Shown in pieces: positions 48,979 through 59,177 of a stretch of 64,000 nt of DNA (position 1 is the first letter of the stretch; each line of letters starts with the position of its first letter). Below the pieces are notes generated by a model, which was not told the origin of the DNA, did no database searches, and was given only the letters and a program-made list of their open reading frames with translations. Source of the stretch: a virus; the IMG/VR virus record IMGVR_UViG_3300033148_006239, positions 32,001-96,000 of that record, one strand, 5' to 3'. The translations under genes were made by a program, and so were the position numbers.

Positions 48979-49459
48979 ATTTATTAAAAAGTGGCATCCT
49001 TTTTTTAATCATTTCTGCAATTGCTTCTTTAACTCTTATATCTATAGCAATATCAGTAAATAATCTACCTGCAGGAATCAAAACACCAAAATCACCTCTT
49101 GGTATAAAAGCTCCATGCTCTAAAATTTTAGCAATACTTGCTTTTTCACCTACGACTCCAACAAACCAATCTTCTTTTGTAAGATGTTCAACTTTAACAC
49201 TTCTTTGTAATTCACCAGTTTCGTAATAACGCTGATCAAATCCTTTATTTTTTATTGTACGATCTGCATTTGGTAAAAAAGTAACATTTATAAAATATTC
49301 ACCCCATGTTTCAATTCTTTGTTGAACTATCTTTTTCATGAAATTACATATCTCAAGCATGAACTCATGTTTTTTTAATTCTTCAACTGTTTCTCTGGAA
49401 TGTTTTAAAAATTCTTTCATTCCTGAAGATTGTCTTTTTATTGCAATTTCAAATTTCAT
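48971..49459 (-). CDS. Tail completion / virion morphogenesis protein (HK97 gp10-like)
   Basis: ETGELQRSV...ILEHGA...IPAGRLF. Confidence 0.75.
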   Translation of the reverse strand: MKFEIAIKRQSSGMKEFLKHSRETVEELKKHEFMLEICNFMKKIVQQRIETWGEYFINVTFLPNADRTIKNKGFDQRYYETGELQRSVKVEHLTKEDWFVGVVGEKASIAKILEHGAFIPRGDFGVLIPAGRLFTDIAIDIRVKEAIAEMIKKRMPLFNKYV

Positions 49460-49944
49460 GGGCTAAACGTTGGTACAGTGTTATTAACTCTTTTTGGTTT
49501 TGTCTTTAAAGATGAACCATCTTCGTCTTTTGGAACTGATGTTTCAGCATCATCCATTACTAATTTTGTCCAATAAGGAGAATTATATACTGCACATGGC
49601 TGTAATTGCTTTATATAAGCATTAATTGGAAAAGTATGATACTTACCAAGTAATTCTGAGATAAAATCTCCTATATTGACTAATCTATTACCTTCATCAT
49701 CATAAATATCACTAGTATAAACCATAAAATGTCCTGAAGTATCTTTAATAAAGTTCTGATTATACATAGCAATAGATTCAAATTTTTTACTTTTATATTG
49801 TGCTCTTAAAATAAGAGGTGCAATTTTATATACTTTTTTAACTAAAGCATGTGTTGTACCATGATATTTTGTTTTCTCAGTATCTATTACAAATATCTTA
49901 ACGTGTGTAGTAAATACTAATTTTGGTTTTCTTTTAGGACTCAT
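49456..49944 (-). CDS. Head-closure protein candidate
   Basis: Position after the adaptor. Confidence 0.55.
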   Translation of the reverse strand: MSPKRKPKLVFTTHVKIFVIDTEKTKYHGTTHALVKKVYKIAPLILRAQYKSKKFESIAMYNQNFIKDTSGHFMVYTSDIYDDEGNRLVNIGDFISELLGKYHTFPINAYIKQLQPCAVYNSPYWTKLVMDDAETSVPKDEDGSSLKTKPKRVNNTVPTFSP

Positions 49945-50561
49945 TATACTAACTCAACATCAAGTGATCTATTTGACATCCTTGAATATTGTCTAATAAT
50001 ATTATCAAGCTCAACGTCACCTAAAATGTCATCTCTAGAGCTAACAAGGTCGTACATTATTTGATGATCATCTGCTCTTTCCATTGTAACACCACGACCT
50101 ATATGCAATCCTGAATCATCAGGATCTAAATAATGGTGTGCTAATCTAGCAGTAAGATATTTTATAGGAGCAGGAGTCTCATCTTCAGAATCAAGATAAC
50201 CAGTTGTTCCTTCAAATAATATCTCATCAGATAATTTTGATATATCGCTTTTAAATTTAACAGCAAAACAATCAACAGAAGATACAGGAAATCTATTATC
50301 AATAATTATATAATCACTATTTAGTATTGTAGTTAAATCACTAACTACAATACTATTGACTGTGATTATGGGATTATTAAAATTATATTGTAATAATCCA
50401 CCTCTTTTAAATATTGAAAATAGTCTTGATTCAAAAACTCTTCCTGTTAATACTTCAACACTGTTTTGAGCTAAGGCGATTTTGCTTTGAATTAATTCAT
50501 CGTCAAAATCGCCTTGCTCAACCAAACCAGCGTCAATAATATCTTGTACTTCTATATACAT
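49944..50561 (-). CDS. Head-tail adaptor
   Basis: MYIEVQDI...VEVLTGRVF...GY...PAPIK. Confidence 0.8.
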   Translation of the reverse strand: MYIEVQDIIDAGLVEQGDFDDELIQSKIALAQNSVEVLTGRVFESRLFSIFKRGGLLQYNFNNPIITVNSIVVSDLTTILNSDYIIIDNRFPVSSVDCFAVKFKSDISKLSDEILFEGTTGYLDSEDETPAPIKYLTARLAHHYLDPDDSGLHIGRGVTMERADDHQIMYDLVSSRDDILGDVELDNIIRQYSRMSNRSLDVELV

Positions 50562-50938
50562 TAATTATCTTCTTTTTTCTTCTTTTTCTTCTTGTCAGAA
50601 GATTTATTCTCACTAGTAGATTTACTTCCACTAGAAGATTCTATTAATTGTTTAACACGTTTTTTATCATTAATATGTTCTATAAAAAAATCTTTTGCAG
50701 ATTTTTCATAAAACTTTTCTAATTCTTGTAAACTAACTTTTTGAGGTTTATTAAACAATGGCACATTTTTAGTTTTATAAAATTCACCAAAGTCTAATAT
50801 GTATTTAACTCCTCGATTAAATCTGCCTGCAGGAGCATTTGGATTTGTCAAAGAATTAACTCTCAAAGTAACTATTACAAATTTTTCAAATTTAGGCAGT
50901 TTATTACCTAATATAACTGGCATACATTTACCTAACAT
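50561..50938 (-). CDS. Hypothetical protein downstream of capsid
   Basis: ORF with GGAG RBS. Confidence 0.7.
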   Translation of the reverse strand: MLGKCMPVILGNKLPKFEKFVIVTLRVNSLTNPNAPAGRFNRGVKYILDFGEFYKTKNVPLFNKPQKVSLQELEKFYEKSAKDFFIEHINDKKRVKQLIESSSGSKSTSENKSSDKKKKKKKEDN

Positions 50939-50950
50939 GTTAACTCCTAA

Positions 50951-52276
50951 TTAACTTAAGTTATTGATCACAACTGCAAAGTCTTTTCTTTCAACTTCAC
51001 AATCAAATCTTGCACGAATATTATAGAATCTTCGGTTTGTTAATATAGCAGTTTTACCAACGTTGGTATTTCTGATTTGAATCTGCATCCAAAAACCAGC
51101 CATTAGATTCTGTGGTGCAGTCAACAAGATTTTATCTTCTGGAAATTTTGTTGACGTAAGAACTGAAATATTTTCAGGTTCCCACCAGAGTCCTTGTAGT
51201 ACATTATCAGCAAGAGGACCACCTGAAACTCTCGTTGCAATTCTTTGTTGCATATCGATAAATTTCTTTTCGTTCATGATCCATCTCAGTTGCGCTCGTG
51301 GAAATTGATCAAGATACTTATTAGGCATTTCTTTCAATGCGGCAAAGAAATGATCTTCGGAAATTGATCCACCATTAATAGTCGCACCATCAACAAAATT
51401 AGCACCAGGTTCAGAACCAGGATTTTCAATTTTGTAAAGCCAACCATCAATTCCACCAAACAAATGATGTTTGTACCAAGCAACAACTTCACCACCTGAA
51501 TATGTACTTCCAGTTCCAACTGGACTACCTGTTACACCTACAACGCCCGTATCTCTATTAATTGCATTTCGTGTAACACCAGTAAAAGCATTTACAGTTA
51601 ACGTTGTATATGTCATATATTCAACAACACCAGCACCCGTAGTGGCAGTCAAATAGCCTGGAAATGCAGCAGCTCCTGGATCTGAAAGTGCAGGAAAACC
51701 AGATGCATCAGCAACATCAACAGTTGTAACAGTTGTATTATGTGCTCCATCAAGAGTCGTTGCTAGTGGAGATCCAGGATTTCTATCAACAACGTTACCA
51801 TTAAGCATAACTGCTTCTGAATCTATACCATAAAGCTTTGCAAAATATTTAGCGATTGTCGAAGCAAAACCTTGACCTTCAATATTGTCTTGAAGCATAT
51901 TTTCAGACAACGCATAAGCCAAACTAAATTCTTTTGCATTCATTCCAATTTCATAAGAAGTGTGCCCTCTTAAAAAATTACCTTGATCTTCTTCATCTCT
52001 TTGACCTTGTGATAGTGTATTATTGATTCCAACAGCACGTGTTAATTCTTCAGCAACTATCAGACCTGGAAAAGTTTCAGATGGCGACTTCATTCTTTCA
52101 ATACGAACGGCGCTCAATAAAGGCGTCGATTCTTGAATAAATGAAATAAATCTATCGGCTTGTCTTGTTGACAACAGACCTCCGCCAGAAAGATTATCAA
52201 CATTGATTCCAGGATTTTTTGTAACTAAATCAAATGCTTCTTTAAGCGAACTTACTTTATTCAATAACTTAGACAT
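50951..52276 (-). CDS. Major capsid protein (HK97 fold) with inserted domain
   Basis: GGLLSTRQADRFI, LQDNIEG, ILLTAPQNL, R.D..VE; GGAGG RBS. Confidence 0.92.
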   Translation of the reverse strand: MSKLLNKVSSLKEAFDLVTKNPGINVDNLSGGGLLSTRQADRFISFIQESTPLLSAVRIERMKSPSETFPGLIVAEELTRAVGINNTLSQGQRDEEDQGNFLRGHTSYEIGMNAKEFSLAYALSENMLQDNIEGQGFASTIAKYFAKLYGIDSEAVMLNGNVVDRNPGSPLATTLDGAHNTTVTTVDVADASGFPALSDPGAAAFPGYLTATTGAGVVEYMTYTTLTVNAFTGVTRNAINRDTGVVGVTGSPVGTGSTYSGGEVVAWYKHHLFGGIDGWLYKIENPGSEPGANFVDGATINGGSISEDHFFAALKEMPNKYLDQFPRAQLRWIMNEKKFIDMQQRIATRVSGGPLADNVLQGLWWEPENISVLTSTKFPEDKILLTAPQNLMAGFWMQIQIRNTNVGKTAILTNRRFYNIRARFDCEVERKDFAVVINNLS

Positions 52277-52306
52277 TTAATTCCTCCTTAAATTCCTTTT
52301 TAGTTA

Positions 52307-53683
52307 TTAATTAAACGTGCCTTCAAAAAGTTCATCATCTTCTGGATTACTTTTTTGTGCAGGTTTACTATTTTGAGTGTTTGAATTACCATTTGGTGCA
52401 CTTGCAATTTTTTCAACAACATTGGCAAGTTCACTAATCTGTTCAGTTACTTTTTCAATTTCAGATTTTTCAGTTGGTTCACCACCTTCTGTAATATCTG
52501 ATTCTTCTTTGTAACCGACTAAAGAGTTAAATGCTAGTTTATATTCTGTTAAAGATTCGTCTACTTTAGTGACACTTTCTTTTAATTCGTCAATAGATTT
52601 AAGCTTTTCATTGACATCACCTAAGACAGTTACCTTTTCACTCAAAGCAGTGATTTCTTCTGAATTCGCCTTTAGGCTATCAATTGATTCAGTTAAACCT
52701 TCTAAATTTTTAGAAACTTCATCAAATGAATCAGCTTTTTGTGAAATAACATCGACAGATTCTTTGATTACTGTAAATTTTTGATCAACTTCTTCCTTAA
52801 CAGTTGCTAAAGAATTATCAATCATTTCTTGGATTTCTTTCTTATCCATTGTACAAACTCCTTTTTGATTAAAAATATTGTTAAAGTCTAAATTTAATGA
52901 ATCAAATGATTTACTAACACTTTTAGATTTCAATTCATCTTTAAAATTGTTTAATTTAAACTGTTCCCAATTACCTGATTTTGTTTTTATAAGTGGAAAT
53001 CTTGGTTCTAAATTAGCACCTTCATCAACAATTGAAACAGCTAATAATCTTACATTGATTAATTCATAAACAGTGAGTATCCATGCCATTTTATCAGTAT
53101 CAAAATGAACAAGCCATGGAAAATACTTTTCTAAATCTTCTTTGTCGATTTCTATTTCTAGAATCTTACCAATATCGACTCTTCCGGCAAAGCTAAACGC
53201 GTTCATTTCTTTTTTTAATATCTTTTTCCATAAGAAATCGTCTAACACTTTAACACCGATCGCCCAAGCACCGATATAATGTTCTTCTGAAAATAACTCA
53301 TCATCTTTTTGAATTATCCATGATTCAACAATTTCACCTGCACCAGGTATAAAATCATGTTGATTATCTATGAACGATTGATTTTTTTCATATAAACGCA
53401 TAAATCGTTTAGACATTTGTTCTATTTCAGCGACGTTCATAAAATCGCCATGAGCATCAATAGACTCAGGCTTATAAACTACGCCATAAACGATTCTTTT
53501 AGTTTGACTATCTTGTTTAAATCTTAATTCATGTCCACCAAAACCTTTAATATTTAAATCTTTTATTGAAGCTTTACTTTTTTCAGATTCTATCGGTTTA
53601 TGTAAATTTTTAACTAAAATATTTGCTACGTCTGTAAGTTTTTTTGTTATATCAAAAAGTGATGGAATAATAGGTACACTCAT
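52307..53683 (-). CDS. Prohead protease (XkdF-like) fused to scaffold
   Basis: RIVYGVVYKP..IDAHGD, FSFAG, SIVDEGAN; coiled-coil C-half. Confidence 0.9.
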   Translation of the reverse strand: MSVPIIPSLFDITKKLTDVANILVKNLHKPIESEKSKASIKDLNIKGFGGHELRFKQDSQTKRIVYGVVYKPESIDAHGDFMNVAEIEQMSKRFMRLYEKNQSFIDNQHDFIPGAGEIVESWIIQKDDELFSEEHYIGAWAIGVKVLDDFLWKKILKKEMNAFSFAGRVDIGKILEIEIDKEDLEKYFPWLVHFDTDKMAWILTVYELINVRLLAVSIVDEGANLEPRFPLIKTKSGNWEQFKLNNFKDELKSKSVSKSFDSLNLDFNNIFNQKGVCTMDKKEIQEMIDNSLATVKEEVDQKFTVIKESVDVISQKADSFDEVSKNLEGLTESIDSLKANSEEITALSEKVTVLGDVNEKLKSIDELKESVTKVDESLTEYKLAFNSLVGYKEESDITEGGEPTEKSEIEKVTEQISELANVVEKIASAPNGNSNTQNSKPAQKSNPEDDELFEGTFN

Positions 53684-53692
53684 ATAAAATCC

Positions 53693-54028
53693 TTAACTAT
53701 TCATTAATGCTTCAGCATCTGCTAATAAAGTAGCTATTTCATCTTCTAGATCTAATATTTGATCTTGTAAAGTACTTATTAAAGTTGAATTATAATCTGA
53801 GTTTAATCCATCAAATTCAGGTTCTTTTAAAACAATAAATGATACAATATCAGGATTTTCAGGATTTTCAGAATCAATAACTGTTCTTGTCAATTTTATT
53901 GAATCTAAATTTCCAGTACCTACTTGTAGAGCAGTAATCCATGTTTGTAAAGACTCAACATCGGATTGTTTTGATTTAGCTTCTTTAACTTTCTCATTGG
54001 CTAGTGCTAATTGTTCAGAAGTTGCCAT
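53693..54028 (-). CDS. Hypothetical coiled-coil protein
   Basis: GAGG RBS. Confidence 0.7.
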   Translation of the reverse strand: MATSEQLALANEKVKEAKSKQSDVESLQTWITALQVGTGNLDSIKLTRTVIDSENPENPDIVSFIVLKEPEFDGLNSDYNSTLISTLQDQILDLEDEIATLLADAEALMNS

Positions 54029-54038
54029 ATTTCACCTC

Positions 54039-54770
54039 TTATACGTATGCTAAAACATCTGTTAAAGCAGCATAAATCAATTCATAAGTATTCATACATT
54101 TCTCAGAATCTATGATCGACATAAAATTTTCTGCTTCATTTGTTCTAGTAGCATTAGTTAGATCAAATGTAATTGCATATTTTGTAGGTGAACCAGACGG
54201 AACTAAAGCATGTGTAATCCAGGTAACATAATCACCTTGTAATATATCTGTTCCAGTAATTAATTCAATACAACTACCAACAATATTTTTATGATCTGTT
54301 TCAGTAAGTGCACCAATCAAATCGAAATTCATAGTAAATTGTCCATCATTATCTTCAAATTTAGCACCTGAAGTTGCAAGAACTAATTTATCTGCAATTA
54401 TATCACGATTATCATGTAATGTTTCTAATAGTCGTGTATCATCAACATCACCATGAGCAATTAACTGAAACAATCTTAGTAAGGAAAGTATTTTTTCTTG
54501 TGAATTTAACTTAAAATATTGTGCTGTAAATTGTGATCCTGATTGATCATATACAAGAATAGGATACTCTGTCGTACCTATATTAAAAAATCCAGCAGCT
54601 AATGATAATTCATCTGTCAATATAGATTTATATCTATCTTTAACGGTAGTTTCACCTAACAAATAAATTTCATGTTTAAATTTTATCGAATCTAAAGTCT
54701 TTTCGACGCAATCACCAATGACAGGGGTCACTGGATCTGTTTTTAACGGTAAAATTCCACCAAAACCCAT
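54039..54770 (-). CDS. Hypothetical (probable virion) protein
   Basis: GAGG RBS; lies in the head region. Confidence 0.7.
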   Translation of the reverse strand: MGFGGILPLKTDPVTPVIGDCVEKTLDSIKFKHEIYLLGETTVKDRYKSILTDELSLAAGFFNIGTTEYPILVYDQSGSQFTAQYFKLNSQEKILSLLRLFQLIAHGDVDDTRLLETLHDNRDIIADKLVLATSGAKFEDNDGQFTMNFDLIGALTETDHKNIVGSCIELITGTDILQGDYVTWITHALVPSGSPTKYAITFDLTNATRTNEAENFMSIIDSEKCMNTYELIYAALTDVLAYV

Positions 54771-54830
54771 TTTTCTACCTCTCTAACGTTTCATTATAAA
54801 ATATAATATTGAATCATAAAAAATGAAAAA

Positions 54831-55370
54831 TTATTTAACTTTTTCTAAATATTTTACATAATCTTCTGTAGATACAGCAGCGGGATTTTCAATGTTCCCA
54901 AATTTAAAACCTTGTTTCATCACTGCTTCTGCAATTAATTCTGTACAGATTACACCATCATCAACATCTTTAAATTTTTTCCAAAAAAACTTTTCTAATT
55001 TTGGAAAAATTCTAATTATAATAGATAAAAGTATATTATAAGCAAATTGTAAATACCCATATCTAGTACCTAATTTAGACATACAATCTTTGACTAGTTG
55101 TTCTTTGTCTATTTTAAATCTTTCAGGAAATTTATAAACGAAATATCCTTTTTTTGGATATTTATGTATAGTTTGCATTATAACTTCGGGCATTGTTGAT
55201 TCAATAATTAAATCATTACCAATATATAATGCAACATGTGTTATATCTGATAAAATTATTTTCTCGATCACATCATAAAGTAAACTATCTCTAAAGACGC
55301 ATATTACGTCACCTTTTTTTATTGTCATGTTATCCTCCAACAAGTCCAAAAGTATATAATTCAAATTCAA
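54831..55370 (-). CDS. Permuted papain-like NlpC/P60 (YiiX/YebB) enzyme
   Basis: KKGDVI, THVALYIG, IES, LGTRYGY and ICTELIAEA (His before Cys). Likely start MTIKK at ~55328. Confidence 0.88.
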   Translation of the reverse strand: MNLNYILLDLLEDNMTIKKGDVICVFRDSLLYDVIEKIILSDITHVALYIGNDLIIESTMPEVIMQTIHKYPKKGYFVYKFPERFKIDKEQLVKDCMSKLGTRYGYLQFAYNILLSIIIRIFPKLEKFFWKKFKDVDDGVICTELIAEAVMKQGFKFGNIENPAAVSTEDYVKYLEKVK

Positions 55371-55824
55371 AACGTGTAGTTACACCAACTTGATGTGTCA
55401 ATGATAATAATATTTCTGTCGTTGATGGACTAGGTGATGTATATTTCATATCAAAAGGCATATCTTTGGGAACACTAAATAGACTAACTATATCATTATT
55501 ATTGCTCAATTTCTTATTAGAAACAACTTTAATCGATCCACCAACTTCTTCAGGAATATTAGGTAATAACATTGCAGCACAATTTATTTCAGATGCTGAA
55601 TCTTCAATACATTTTATCATCGCATGATGTATTTGAAAATTCTTTAAAGGATCAAAAGAGATTTCTGTTCTTATACAATCTGTATAATCTTCATCACTTA
55701 TTTCACCTACTGCATCATAATATTTTATTAAAAAATAATCATCTAATTGTTCGTCTTGTGCTGTACCTTTACTTGTTTTGAAATAAGAATGAAATATTCT
55801 TGGATAACCTTTTCTTAAACTCAT
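55330..55824 (-). CDS. Hypothetical beta-rich protein
   Basis: Coupled ORF. Confidence 0.7.
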   Translation of the reverse strand: MSLRKGYPRIFHSYFKTSKGTAQDEQLDDYFLIKYYDAVGEISDEDYTDCIRTEISFDPLKNFQIHHAMIKCIEDSASEINCAAMLLPNIPEEVGGSIKVVSNKKLSNNNDIVSLFSVPKDMPFDMKYTSPSPSTTEILLSLTHQVGVTTRFEFELYTFGLVGG

Positions 55825-56231
55825 TGTGATTCGTATCCTTTTAATTTGACATAAATTTTTCCATCGCCAGGACCATTTCTAATAACGCGTAATAATATTT
55901 TATTAGTATTATCTCCTTTTACAGAAGATTTCCAATTTAATTGTTGATCAATAGTATTACCATTAACCATTAATACATCAATTAATGTAATTTCTGTATT
56001 ATCTCCATTAGGAGCGTAATATATTTCAATCGTAGTTCCACCTGTTAAATTAGGAGCACCACTAACAAGCAATTGAAGAGTTAAATATTTATTTAATGCT
56101 ATAGGATAAAAATCGTTTTCTGAATTATTACCATCAACTTCATCATAATAAATATATTCCCAATTAGTTGTATTATCAGGTGTTACAATTTCATTAAAAA
56201 TATGCTTTCTACGTATATAAGACTTACTCAT
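55821..56231 (-). CDS. Hypothetical beta-sandwich protein
   Basis: Coupled ORF. Confidence 0.7.
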   Translation of the reverse strand: MSKSYIRRKHIFNEIVTPDNTTNWEYIYYDEVDGNNSENDFYPIALNKYLTLQLLVSGAPNLTGGTTIEIYYAPNGDNTEITLIDVLMVNGNTIDQQLNWKSSVKGDNTNKILLRVIRNGPGDGKIYVKLKGYESQ

Positions 56232-56240
56232 ATTAATTCC

Positions 56241-56447
56241 TTAAGGTTGAGCTACTTCTACCCAAGAAGATCCATTCCAACGATGCATCATAGTTTCTAA
56301 ATCATTTCCTCTAATTTTACCCGGAAAAGGTACATCAGTTCTTTGTGTCTCGTTTTCTGAATCGAAACTTCCATCATTTTCAAAATCACAATATCCGCAT
56401 CTTAATAAATCTCCTGTAGCATTTTCATATACACCGTTATGTGTCAT
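56241..56447 (-). CDS. Small fibre-chaperone-like protein
   Basis: C-terminal HRWNGSSWVE motif; follows a fibre-like gene. Confidence 0.5.
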   Translation of the reverse strand: MTHNGVYENATGDLLRCGYCDFENDGSFDSENETQRTDVPFPGKIRGNDLETMMHRWNGSSWVEVAQP

Positions 56448-57187
56448 AAAGAACTCCTATTTAAACTATACGCAGCTACATATATGCCTAAAGAAGGTGA
56501 AGCTCCAAACTTACTTATTAAGTAATATATATATCTTGATGAACCATTATTATCTATTCCTGCCATTAAAGACATAGTAGTCTGAGCATAAGTTGGAACC
56601 GCTACAGCTCTTTGACCCCATAATTCATGAGCGCTATCACCGCTTGCATTAATTCTAAACCAATCTCTTTGATTATCTGGAGCAAATGCTATAGTTAATA
56701 TAGCGCTATAAGAATCTACTGGAACGTGATTAACTACACCTACTGATGTAATTGTTGTTGCTGTTCCGCCACTCAAAACATTTTGAGCCGATAAAGTAGT
56801 TTGATAATATATCCAAAACCCATCATCAACAAATTCTTTAAAATCTGAAACAAGAGATTTTAAACAACATATTTTTCTTCTATGAGTATACCCAGCTGGA
56901 TAAGACGGTACAGAATCATCTATTGATGCTATAACCGAAGTTGTTTTATTTGGACCACCTATTAAATAAAAAAAATACCAAGTATTCCCTGCGAAACTTC
57001 CTGTGTCTAATCCTGTATCTCCACTTGAAGCTAAATCTACATTAGTATCGCTCGAAAGTATTAAGTTTACTTCATCTGCAATGTCTCGAGCTGCACACGA
57101 TTTAACTTTGATAACTTTTGTAGATACGTATTCTAAACGTGCTCCTGCTGAATAACCCTTTGGATATGGAAACCATTTACTAGACAT
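56444..57187 (-). CDS. Fibre-tip-like virion protein
   Basis: GLDTGSFAGNTWYFFYLI...PAGYTHRRKI pattern typical of phage fibre domains. Confidence 0.6.
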   Translation of the reverse strand: MSSKWFPYPKGYSAGARLEYVSTKVIKVKSCAARDIADEVNLILSSDTNVDLASSGDTGLDTGSFAGNTWYFFYLIGGPNKTTSVIASIDDSVPSYPAGYTHRRKICCLKSLVSDFKEFVDDGFWIYYQTTLSAQNVLSGGTATTITSVGVVNHVPVDSYSAILTIAFAPDNQRDWFRINASGDSAHELWGQRAVAVPTYAQTTMSLMAGIDNNGSSRYIYYLISKFGASPSLGIYVAAYSLNRSSL

Positions 57188-57197
57188 TCGATCCTCT

Positions 57198-57227
57198 TAT
57201 AGTGGGAAGTTTATACTTCCCACTATA
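57198..57227. terminator. Perfect 13-bp hairpin after the 542-aa fibre gene
   Basis: TATAGTGGGAAGT-TTAT-ACTTCCCACTATA, next to the following RBS; no U-tract. Confidence 0.55.
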
Positions 57228-57241
57228 TTAATGATTAGAAA

Positions 57242-58870
57242 TTATGTGTCATAACGAACTTTAAAATCATCTCCAGATTCAGCTATATCATCTATTCCTG
57301 TACTAGGAGGGGTAGCTTCAGTTCCATCTGTAGACGATACATCCCAAGTACCATCGTTTCCTGATACAGAATCAGTTGCTATAAGAATATAATATTTAGC
57401 TTCTGTTAATCCAGTAGACCCTGCTGCAGTTAAATATCCTACTGTATAATCAACTCCATGTTCTTGATCTGGTCCTTTTGGATCTATAGGTGTTAATTCT
57501 ACCTCGTCTCCTAATAACTCTGGAGTAGAAGCTAAAGGTCCTATTACTAAGTTTGTCACTTGAGCACCAGAATATGTTATAGTTTCTACTAATTTTGTTC
57601 CAGTAGCTATTGACCCTAAACCATTATCTATACCTAAAATAATAGCTGCTAAATCTTTTACATCAGCACCTAATCCACCTGTATCGGGTGTAATATTTGT
57701 TAAAGATTCATCAATACTAAGCAAGTCGGCATTAATACTTAAACCATTAGCATGGACTACAACTGCTGCACCATCTGCTACGTTAGTAGTAACATCTTTT
57801 TCAATATCAATATCTGAACCGTTACCACCTGTTAAACCATCACCTGCTACATCTGAACCGAGCTTAGCTGCCGTAACTGATGTGGCAGCTAATTCAGTAG
57901 CAGAAATTGCAGCAGCCGCAATAGAAAGTGTTGTTTGAACACCACCACCATCACCGTTATGATCAAAATGTGACGTATTTATTGATTGAAGTAAACTACC
58001 TGATGTAGTTACATCCATATTACTTACTTTACCAGAAGTCGTATCTGAAGAATCTGGATCTACATCAATATCATCTGCGTCTACATTAATACCATTACCA
58101 GCACCAATATTAAGTGTAACAGCACCACCAGTTCCACCACCTGTCAAACCACTTCCTGCTGTAACACTCGTAATATCACCTGCAACAATATCAATAAATG
58201 TTCCAGGAACATTTACAAACGAACTACTTGGTAAATTTGCAAATTGAAATATTTCAGCAAATTTTAAATCAATCGATGTCGCAGAAAAACCAGAATACGC
58301 AGTTTGCACTGCACTTACATCAGACCAAAACTGAATATAAAATTTTGAATCATCAGTATCATAATATAAAACACCATAAACTTCATTTCCTGCACCATCA
58401 TCAACTGGATCACTTGTACTAGCATCTCTAATAACAACTGTTCCGGGTTTACCCATTTGAGTAACCTGAGCAGGACTTGCAGGTAATGAACCACCACCAA
58501 CACCATAAGCACCACTTGCATCAACAAATATACCTTCATCTGTTGTAAAGTCTGTTTGTGCAACATCAGTAGTTGCTACTGCAGTAATTGCCGTATTGAT
58601 ATCATCATCTGCTCCTGACGCAGAAAAACTATCAATTTGAATCCAATCTGCCATAAGTTTATCAACATATAATTGATTAGATCCATTCTCTTTAACTGTG
58701 TCATTATCAATTTTAACAGCGACTCCATTACTTGATACATTAATAGCTTCGGCTAAATTAGCACCACCTGTAACATCTGCTTTGACATTCATTGCGGTTT
58801 TAACACCTGTTTTTTCTAATCCATTACCTGCCAAATTCGAATCAATCCAATTTTTATCCAATTGTCCCAT
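57242..58870 (-). CDS. Gly/Asp/Thr-rich fibre-like virion protein (head/neck appendage)
   Basis: Repeats AGNGL/AGSGLTGG/AGDGLTGG and SVTAAKL; strong GGAGG RBS. Confidence 0.7.
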   Translation of the reverse strand: MGQLDKNWIDSNLAGNGLEKTGVKTAMNVKADVTGGANLAEAINVSSNGVAVKIDNDTVKENGSNQLYVDKLMADWIQIDSFSASGADDDINTAITAVATTDVAQTDFTTDEGIFVDASGAYGVGGGSLPASPAQVTQMGKPGTVVIRDASTSDPVDDGAGNEVYGVLYYDTDDSKFYIQFWSDVSAVQTAYSGFSATSIDLKFAEIFQFANLPSSSFVNVPGTFIDIVAGDITSVTAGSGLTGGGTGGAVTLNIGAGNGINVDADDIDVDPDSSDTTSGKVSNMDVTTSGSLLQSINTSHFDHNGDGGGVQTTLSIAAAAISATELAATSVTAAKLGSDVAGDGLTGGNGSDIDIEKDVTTNVADGAAVVVHANGLSINADLLSIDESLTNITPDTGGLGADVKDLAAIILGIDNGLGSIATGTKLVETITYSGAQVTNLVIGPLASTPELLGDEVELTPIDPKGPDQEHGVDYTVGYLTAAGSTGLTEAKYYILIATDSVSGNDGTWDVSSTDGTEATPPSTGIDDIAESGDDFKVRYDT

Positions 58871-58872
58871 CT

Positions 58873-59169
58873 TTATACCTCCTTTTGATATATGACAGTA
58901 ACCTTGTTATCAATTTCTAAAATTCCATCAAGCCCTAAACTGGACCATGAAACTACATTATCTAAAACAATAAAATCGTCACCTAGAAACTGTCCAGGAG
59001 CACCTTTAATTTGTAAAGTTAGTAAATTATTGTTTATAACATTATTAGCTAAAACAATTTGTTTATTTGTTATATCGTCACTATCAAGAATGAATGTTTC
59101 AATAATCGTGTTATCATTTACAATACCACCTTCACCCGTACCTCTTCTGTGTATAAAACCAACACTCAT
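58873..59169 (-). CDS. Small beta-domain virion protein
   Basis: GQFLGDDFIV...LEIDNKVTVIY; resembles the C-terminal domain of 57242-58870. Confidence 0.6.
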   Translation of the reverse strand: MSVGFIHRRGTGEGGIVNDNTIIETFILDSDDITNKQIVLANNVINNNLLTLQIKGAPGQFLGDDFIVLDNVVSWSSLGLDGILEIDNKVTVIYQKEV

Positions 59170-59177
59170 AATATTAC

